NCBI RefSeq assembly: GCF_002105155.1
Contig: NW_019028994.1
Coordinates: 434,001-498,000, forward strand
From: Lobosporangium transversale
Lineage: Eukaryota
Reading direction: 5' to 3'
Length of the DNA stretch: 64,000 nucleotides
In this document: one piece after another, positions 54,701 to 64,000 of the stretch
Layout: each line of letters opens with the position of its first letter
Numbering within the stretch: the stretch's first letter is position 1
Notes under the pieces: model-generated
What the model was told of the DNA's origin: nothing
The model's input: the letters and a program-made list of their open reading frames with translations, nothing else
Databases searched by the model: none
Program-made: the position numbers and the translations under genes

Positions 54701-57700
54701 CAAGTATCTTACAGAGCTAGCTGTAGCGATCTATAAGCATCAAGATGGCAATCCAGTGGTGGAGTACTCACCATACAATGACAAGGGTACATGGAAAGAA
54801 GCGTACTTTAGCAAAGAGGATGGAAGGAACTTACTACGTGAAGCTTCACCATTGAATCGCACAGGCGGTCAGCATCGGTTTATCCATCGATCTATTCTGG
54901 AGTACAGTCTTGTACGAGCGATCTTTGAGCCACAGCTAGTAACGAATACTTCCGTAAAGGATGAGGAGACTAAGGTGGCAACTTCAACTTCTCGTCGACA
55001 GAGTATCAGTTCAGTGTTTAGCTTTGAAGGCATAGACATCAAGGAAGATGAACAAGGAATCGATGCAATCAAAGTTGATGAGATGTCGCCTTTAGTATGG
55101 AGGAGCTTTGTGGATGAACCATCTATCCTTCAGTTCTTGGAGGACCGTGTTCGTCTAGAACCAGTATTCAGACAGCAGCTGCACATGTATGTGGAACTCT
55201 CGAAGAGCGATAGCAAGTGGCGGATAGCAGCAGCCAATGCGATGACAATCTTGGTGCGAGCAGGCGAGTCATTTATCGAAGCAGACTTGCGAGGTATCCA
55301 GATCCCAGGAGCAGATCTCAGCCACGGTCTTTTTGATTATGCTCAGCTTCAAGGAGCAGATCTGAGGAAGGCTAACTTACGAAGCTGTTGGCTTCAAGAA
55401 GTCGACTTGAGTGGAGCAAAGATGGCAGGAGTACAGTTCGGAGAATGGCCGCACCTTAAAGTCAATGGCTCGGCATCAAGAGGGTCATATTCACCTGATG
55501 GAAAGACATTATCTGCAGCTATCAACAAATCACGAGGATCCTCAATTATGGTGTATGACACGTCAACATGGAAGAAGCTTTGGACTCTGGGGAATGATAG
55601 ATTCTGCGAATATTTTATATACTCACCTGACAGCCAATATATCGCCTCCTGGGATTATGGTGATACTGTTTTGGTTTGGGATACAACGTCAGGAGCATTG
55701 ATCCACAAGTTGATAGAACAAGGACAGCAAATTAACTGTGTAGTATACTCGCCAAGCGGAGATCATCTTGCTTCAACAGGTCAAGATGGGCCAGTGCGAG
55801 TGTGGGACGCACAATCAGGCGTACTCATACACAGATTAGAGGGCCATACCAGAATTGTGCATAGTTTGACATATTCACCAGATGGGAAGCAAGTTGCAGC
55901 TGGTACCGAGGACGGGACATTACGAGTGTGGGATGCGGCATCAGGACAGCAGGTGCTACTACTGGGGTATCGTGAATTCAAAGCTTGGCAAAATATGTAT
56001 TCACCTAATGTTCAGGGAATTGTATATTCACCTAATGGCCAGGAAATTGTATCTTACTGTTACGATGATTGTTCCCTGCATGTGTGGGATGTTGCATCTG
56101 GTCAAAAAAGAATGGTCTTGACGCATGATGACTGTGTGCAAGGCATTCAGTATTCACCTAAAGGAAGATTCGTTGCTTCATTTATCTACCAGAAAGTATA
56201 TCAGTGGGATACGCAAACAGGGAAACTTATCCATGTCTTTGAAGGGTTTTCTGATACAATCACCGACCTTAAGTATTCACCAAATGGAGAACAAATAGCC
56301 GCTTGCAGTGAAGACCACACAGTACGAGTTTGGGGTGCAAGATCGGGGCAACTCATGAATTCCTTTTATGGCCGAGCTTCGATATATCAAGTGGCATACT
56401 CACCAAACAGTTATCAGATTGCATCCTTTAGTAGATCTGATACAATATGCCTGTGGGATGCACGCTCACAGCAATCTAGTCATGACTCATATGGTAATTT
56501 GGAACCGATCCGTAGCATTAGAGTTTCACCAGATGGAAAGCAGATAGCTTCACGCAGTGATGATGAGACAGTGCGTATGTGGGATGCATGGACAGGGCAG
56601 CCCACTCATGTTTTACAGAGAGACCATGCATCCGATATCATGTATTCACCTGATGGTCTATTGCTTGCTTCTCGCTGTTATGGTTCCCCATGGGTCTACC
56701 TTTGGGATACTCGAACAGGTCAAGTCGCCCACACTTTTGAACTCCAAGGCAAACAAGTCAAAGATGCCTGCGAGGACTTTGCCTTCTCACCTATTGGGGA
56801 CCAGATTGCCTGTGTCCATAAATCTGGAGCTGTAACCATATGGGATACACAAACAGGAGAGCTCTCTCATACTCAACAGAGTAATGATGGGTGTTTCCGT
56901 TATGTGGCATTCTCGCCCAATGGCCGCCAGATCGCTTTGTGTAAAGGCGTTCTCATGATCTTGTCGATTGAATCGTGGAGCCTTCAGTATGAAATAGAAT
57001 CTGAGGGATCTATCTCCTGTATCAAATACTCGTCTGACAGTCGTAAGATCGTGTTCTACAACGGTACTACTGGACCCCTGCAAGTACTGAACGCAGAAAC
57101 AGGTGAACGCTGTTACATGGCACAGAGAGGGAACTGTGCAGTATTTTCACCATGTTGTCGAGAGATGGCTTATATTTCAGGGGATGAAAGAGATAAAATC
57201 ACAGTGATCGATTTGGAATCGGGAGCAGAACTGCATACGCTTGAAGGACATACCAAGACTGTCGAGGAAGTATCTTATTCGCCTGATGGGAAGTATATTG
57301 CCTCACGCAGTAGGGATGAAACAGTGCGAGTATGGGATCCAGTGACAGGTCATTGTTTGGTTGAAATCCTACCTGAAGGTGAAGAAGTTTGGACGTTTGC
57401 ATGGAATACCTTCGAAGAAGACTACTTTCTGATCACAGGATGTGAAGATGGCGCTATTCGGATGTGGCAGATTGTGCAAGGAAACAGTCAATGCAAGTAT
57501 CGCCTGAAATGGAGCACCAACCAAATGATCCTCAATGCTCGCAACATGCGTATTCAAGATGTGGTTGGATTGAGTGAAGTCAACAGTAAGCTCCTGGTGC
57601 AACGAGGAGCTATAGGCGAGCACTCTCACTCATTGGTCATACACGAGGCATCTCAGCATATTGTAGCTACACCAATGGCATCCAAGTCCAAGACTTTGTC

Positions 57701-57884
57701 AAGTCGAGTAAACTATAATCAAGGCCCAATAGAGACAGATTCAGAGACAGTGGGTTTGAGAGAAGGAGTGCCATTGACTTCAGCAACAGTACCAAGTAGG
57801 TCAATCAAAGACTACCAGTTCAAATACAGCACGTGTAATGAATGTGGGTTTGCACATATCATTTCATGCAGACCTTGCGATTAA
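51749..57884 (+). CDS. NLR-like protein 2 (same architecture); exons 51749-53489, 53602-57884
   Basis: Same motifs and intron position as NLR 1; open frame. Confidence 0.92.
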
Positions 57885-58070
57885 GAAGATAACAAAAAAC
57901 AGGATGTGAATAAAGGTTATAACCGAAGGCATGCTTATGTCTTTTTTGAATAACCAGAAGGTGCGGTCCTGCCTTTGACAGCTTCAATGATGTGATTGAA
58001 GGTTCAGTAATGACCCAATTCATATCCTGAAATATGCTTCTTACTCGAACCTCTCTTACTTGTGTATATG

Positions 58071-58215
58071 ATAATGATCAACATTTATCTCTGCGAAACG
58101 AAGCTTTACCCAAGCTATGAGGCATCTCTGCAAAGCCAACTAGGCTGGGTTAGGCAAACTTCGAGTTCCCTCAGAAGCATGTTCAATTTGGTGGAATGCT
58201 GGTACACTTGATCTG
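58071..58215 (+). repeat. Short dispersed repeat; copy related to 49661-49800
   Basis: Same alignment as the 49661 copy. Confidence 0.7.
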
Positions 58216-58277
58216 TTGTTCCAAAAATAATCAGAACACACATGTCACACCATGGTTCGCATAAAACTATTCGTATG

Positions 58278-58309
<32 letters not shown>

Positions 58310-58564
58310 GCAATGGATGCTTGTTTAGTATTGACAGAAATTATAGAGTCGTTCCTCCGGGCATAATGCTTCCTTTATTAGTGACTCTAGGATGGAGTAG
58401 GCAAAAGACTTTTGAATAGCACTTATCGGTGTAAGTGCGATTGTGAGGAATCGACTCTCTCTCCTCCTTCACAATGGCCATGTGGCTCACTCACTTCGCG
58501 TTCAAAGCACCAAATAGTTAAAATAGTGTAATGGCAGCCACTTCTAATGTTGTGGGTTTGAGGT

Positions 58565-59006
58565 TGGTCTAAATAATAATCTTTGTCTTTTTCCTCTATG
58601 ATTTTTGTGAGACGGCTCCTTCTTTCCCTGGATGTCCATCCGTTCAAATTTGATCAACACCTCTGCTAACACTGTTTCTTGCGAAAGGAGTGCCAGATCC
58701 TTGCCTCTGATCTTATTATGGTATCGAATGAGACGATTGATGGACGCCGTTGGGTTCGGATTTGTAGTATCATCTCACGTCCTTAGCACAATCAAGGATT
58801 AGGTATAAGCAAAGGAAAAAATATCAATCAGAGTTGCTTGACTTTAATCTTACTGATCAGTTTTTCAATGGAGTATTCATACGGATTTTTTCTTTTTTTC
58901 TTTTGGACTCCTTTCCATCTTACCAGTGATAAGTGCAGGAATTCAGAGCCACTAAAGTGTGAATTGACAAGAATATCACTGATCTTGATCCTTTTAGGTC
59001 TTCTCC
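58565..59006 (-). pseudogene. Decayed partial copy of BPL1 (3' end, part of exon 2, the intron and the end of exon 1)
   Basis: 58565-58620 matches about 39800-39858. 58643-59006 matches about 40118-40480 (ttcaaatttga-caacacct-tgctaacactgtttcttg-gaaaggagtgccagatccttgcct), including the intron, with indels. Confidence 0.88.
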
Positions 59007-59684
59007 CTAAGCACATGTGTACTTGAATATGCTCTCCGAATAACAGACAGGAATTGAATCGGACTCAATCGCTGATTAGCATAGTCCTTCATCTTTCTTT
59101 TTTTTTTTTTAAATTGCAAAAAGCGTGTGCAGCATGGCATTGAGAGGAGAATGAAGGAATGAATAATCACTAGAGTGAGGTATGACTGATTCAAGTAAAT
59201 GTTACTAAAGAGCATTTACAATTCCTACACATGGGAGGAAATTGAGCAGAGTTGTTAATGGTACTCGAGAATGACCTTTTGAACCTCTTCATTAACGTGC
59301 CAAAAGCAACTCTGAATCTGTTCTTTAACCATCACAATAAGAAATGTTAATCCGCAGTAAGAAATGGTTACTCAAATTGAAAAGGAAACTGGACTCAGGG
59401 CAGGTCCAAAAATCCAATTGTGCAACACAAAAGAGACACTCTTGAAAAGCGCCTCTTCCGCCTTGTAGCATTGCATGCATGCAGACTTTCTTCTTCCATC
59501 AACATCACAATCTCATTGCAGCAGCTCAAGTTCATTCCTTTGAATCATATCTGTAAGTTGCCTGCAAACATGCTTGAAACCCACAAAAAATACTACCTCC
59601 GCTCACCAGCCCTTTATAAACCATTCTTCTTTCACGAATCTGGATATAATCTAATCCAAAGGTAGAAAGGAAAGCAATAATCCC

Positions 59685-62600
59685 ATGTTTGGCTCGACAA
59701 AAACCCCATCACGAAGTGCACTCTCGCCAACACAGGCTTTGAGACTCTTCGATTTCTATATGAAGGGTACTCGCACTCTAGACGACGATAGCGACATAGT
59801 GATGGAGCTATGTCTTGATGCAGACTCTGTACTGTCTCGAATTCAGAGGCCTACGCGAAAGTCCCTCGCCTCAATGTCTTCAGCTTCTTCAGCTTCGAAT
59901 GGAGACATGGGATTACATCAAGGCATTGGCACAGCCTACAATGAGCTTGCTCGCTTATTCGAACAACTGGGACACTCAGATGATGCTCGAAGACGTGACA
60001 AGAAAGCAGAGAAATGGGGATACATCCAAGGAAACAATAACAGTAACAGCAATAACAGCACCGAACAAGAAATCAATGCAACCCGTTGCAGTAGGTCGAA
60101 TAAAATCGTTGAAACGATACCAGAACAGAGAATTGCAACAATTGCAAAGGACATATTCAATCACAATGAGACTCCAGTTGTCATCAGGCACACCTTACCA
60201 GAACCTGGAGTTTACCTAAATGACATCCATCAGCTTGTGTATTGTCTTCGTCTACTCTCTACCGCTTCCATCCCCACAAATGATCTTAATGACCACGAGA
60301 AAGAGTGGCGTAAAGCCATATCGAACGATCAAGATGAGCATGAGCGATTGTGTAAACTGGTATCAGATGTGATTGAAATGTTCATCAGCAATGACACCAA
60401 GACCGAAGCAATTGTCACTGAGGTTGTATCTCTCGCTCCAGTGCTCAATCAGAATCAGTTCAGGACACTGCTCATGACTTTAGTCAATGGAATTAGTCAA
60501 AATATCATGTTGGAGGCTCATTTGCTGGAAGGATTGGCTCAGTTGATGCAACATACTCCTCCTGAATATCTCGACTCCGATGACCTTGTCTCAATTCTCA
60601 ACACTCTCAGTTCCCGCTTGCAAGCCACACATACTCAATCTACCGAACATCTCTATCGCTTGTCTGCTACAGTCTCACATGTGCTTGATGCTATGGTCAA
60701 CAGCCAAGTCAAGGGTCTGAAGCGAGAACAACTCCATGAACCACTTGCAGCATACCTCAAAGGCTTGAGAGATAGCACAGATGCACATATAATCTATCAA
60801 GCAGCTTATGCCTTCCAAGCTCTGCTGTATATTCCAGACGACGAATCAACAATGCAAGCCATGCTTCGGCGGACATTAGCGGTGCTCAGAGGAGTGTTTG
60901 GAGTAGTGGGTGCAGTCAAAGATGTGGATCTAAATGGCTTCATGGATGAGGTAAACAACATTCAGAGGGGACTTCCTTCTGCGACAGACGTCATAGACAT
61001 GAGCCTACGAGTATACAAGGGTACAGCTTCGTTATATGAAGGCGGAGTAATGTTCAAGCAATGTATGGAAGAAGGACTCAGCTTTAGTCGAAAGTCAGCA
61101 TGGTATCCAGCACTTCGTGGAGCGGATGCACTACTCCAGACAGGCGAGTTCATCAAGTTCAAAAAGCTTGTATGTGAAGTATCCTGTCGCAATGATGCAG
61201 CATTCCAATGGGGTCTATGTCAGAGACTAGGACAGATTGCAGCCGATACACAATGGACCATGGATACTCGACAAGATGCCATCACATTCCTAGGAGAGAT
61301 CTACAAGAATGACCAAGAATGGAGTGACCATGCATATATCAAGCAGTGGATCATATGCGTCCTTAGAAGGATATCCTCATTATCACCGGATGTTCTACAA
61401 GGTGTGGGCCTCTTCTTTTTTTTGTAAACATGTTTGAGGATGATGTTGGTAGCATTCAGCATATGATGGTTAATTTTTATATTCTACACATCCTCTTTTC
61501 CGCTTTACTTTCAGCCATAGATACTCTTCTGAATGATCTCAAGACGTATGGAGACATCAAGAAGCAAGAGCTGTACAGAAAATGCCTCCAAGAGCCAATG
61601 ATCCAGTATTCTTTCATTACCACAATCCGCCCACCTACATCCTCACATCTACTTGACTGTGCGCAAAAGAAGCCTGATGTCGAGGATAGTCTACGGCGAC
61701 TAAAGAAACAGCGTATCGGGGTTGGAAATGATCAAGGGTTCTACATCCCACAATATGCAAAAGCAAGTCCTCAAGCGAGCGATGACGAGGTGTTCTTGCT
61801 AATGGACAAGGTGAACCACTTCCTGAATAGTGACCAGAAAGTGTTACTTGTCCAAGGAGATTCAGGGGCAGGCAAGTCTACATTCAACCGCACACTGGAG
61901 CGCACACTCTGGGATGCATACCAGAAGGGACATGGCCGGATTCCACTGTTTATTAACCTTCCAGCTATCGACAAGCCAGAAAAGCAGCTGGTTGCAAAGC
62001 AGCTGCGAGACTATGGCTTTACAGACCCACAGATCAAAGAACTGAAGATGAACCGGTCATTCATTCTGATCTGTGATGGATATGACGAGAGCATGCAGAC
62101 CAATAACCTGTATGTAGCCAACCGGTTGAACCAGCCTGGAGAATGGAAGGCTCAGATGGTGATCAGCTGTCGCAGTGAGTATCTTGGATTGGACTATCGA
62201 GATCGGTTCCAGCCTATGAGCCGTAATTACCAAGTAGATGTTGTATTGTTTCAAGAAGCTGTGATTGTGCCATTCTCTGAGGCTCAGATCGATGATTATA
62301 TCGAACAATATGTCGATACCATAGACCCAATGTGGCAAGTGGAGGACTACCAACGAGCATTCCAGATGGTCCCTAGCCTACAAGACCTTGTGAAGAATCC
62401 ATTCATGCTATCGATGTCGCTACAAGTACTACCACGGATGGTGGATCCAGATCAAGACATCTCCAATACCAAGATCAAGCGTGTCATACTGTATGATCAG
62501 TTTGTTGAGCAGTGGCTCGAACGAGGCAAGAAGCGACTAGGTGAGACACTAAGGCCAGAAGACAGAAGGATGTTCCACAGACTACTGGATGGAGGATTTG

Positions 62601-64000
62601 CACAGCATGGGATCAAGTATCTTACAGAGCTAGCTGTAGCGATCTATAAGTATCAAGATGGCAATCCAGTGGTGGAGTACTCATCGTACAATGACAAGGG
62701 TACGTGGAAAGAAAAACACTTTAGCAAAGAGGATGGAAGGAACCTACTACGCGAGGCTTCCCCGCTGAACCGTACAGGCAGTCAGCATCGGTTCATTCAT
62801 CGATCTATCCTGGAGTACAGTCTTGTACGAGCGATCTTTGAGCCACAGCTAGTAACGAATACTTCCGTAAAGGATGAGGAAACTAAGGTGGCAACTTCAA
62901 CTTCTCGTCGACAGAGTATCAGTTCAGTGTTTAGCTTTGAAGGCATAGACATCAAGGAAGATGAACAAGGAATCGATGCAATCAAAGTTGATGAGATGTC
63001 GCCTTTAGTATGGAGGAGCTTTGTGGATGAACCATCTATCCTTCAGTTCCTAGAGGATCGCGTTCAACTTGAGGGAGTGTTCAGACAGCAGCTGCACATG
63101 TATGTGGAGCTCTCGAAGAGCGATAGCAAGTGGCGAATAGCAGCAGCCAATGCGATGACAATCTTGGTTCGAGCAGGCGAGTCATTCAACGAAGCAGACT
63201 TGCGAGGTATCCAGATTCCAGGAGCAGATCTCAGTCGCGGTCTTTTTGAGTATGCTCAACTCCAAGGAGCAGATCTGAGGAAAGCTAAATTACAGAGCTG
63301 TTGGCTTCGCGGAGCAGACCTAAGTGGAGCAAAGATGGCAGGAGTACAGTTCGGAGAATGGCCGCACCTTAAAGTCAATGGCGAGTTAACAAGAGGGTCA
63401 TATTCACCTGATGGGAAGACACTATCTGCAGCTATCAGAGATGAATTACGCAGATATTCAATTACGGTGTATGATACATCAACATGGGAGGAGCTTTGGA
63501 CTCTGGAGGATAATAGACTCTGCGAATGTTTTATATACTCGCCTGACAGCCGATATATCGCCTCCTGGAGTTATTATGGTGATACTGTTTTGGTTTGGGA
63601 TATGACGTCAGGAGTATTGATTCACAAGTTGATAGACCATGGACAGGAAATTAGACGTGTAGTATACTCGCCAAGCGGAGATCATCTTGCTTCAGCAGGT
63701 AAAGATGGGCCAGTGCGAGTGTGGGACACCCATTTAGGCATACTCATACACAGATTAGAGGGCCATACCGATGCTGTGGCAAGTTTGGCATATTCGCCAG
63801 ATGGGAAGCAAGTTGCAGCTGGTAGCAAGGATGGAATATTACGAGTGTGGGATGCAGCATCAAGGCAGCAGATACTGATACTCGAGGTTCAGCAGATTGT
63901 GTATTCACCTAATAGCCAGGAAATCATTTCTCGCTGTTACGATGATTGCTCCCTGCATGTGTGGGATGTTGCATCTGGTCAAAAAAGAATGGTCTTGACG
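59685..64000 (+). CDS. NLR-like protein 3 (same architecture), 3'-truncated by the window edge; exons 59685-61401, 61515->64000
   Basis: Paralogous N-terminus, same intron position, NACHT GDSGAGKS, pentapeptide and WD40 repeats running to the window end. Confidence 0.9.

Noticed and set aside
46900..57500. Recurrent short DNA repeats (tattcacctgatgg and similar) as a CRISPR-like array
   Set aside because: They encode the YSPDG motif of WD40 repeats inside eukaryotic ORFs.

Overview
Eukaryotic, intron-rich fungal DNA with GT-AG introns and very long poly(A)/poly(T) runs. Gene content and the NACHT-WD40 type point to Mortierellaceae (inference). The left part holds a secreted bacterial-type sphingomyelinase C with three introns, an SRSF4/5/6-like SR splicing factor head-to-head with SRP54, a SEC9/SNAP-25 SNARE, a bromodomain plus atypical kinase gene and a probable GPI-anchored protein. 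The middle is a four-copy cluster of monocarboxylate-porter-type MFS genes, interrupted by a frameshifted S8 subtilisin. The right part has biotin-protein ligase BPL1 head-to-head with a tandem array of three NLR-like genes (helical N-terminus, NACHT, pentapeptide repeats, WD40, Cys/His tail; the third is cut by the window edge). The NLRs are mosaics of one another and vary most at WD40 surface positions. A decayed BPL1 copy before the third gene records how the array grew. Exon coordinates were read by eye and are approximate.
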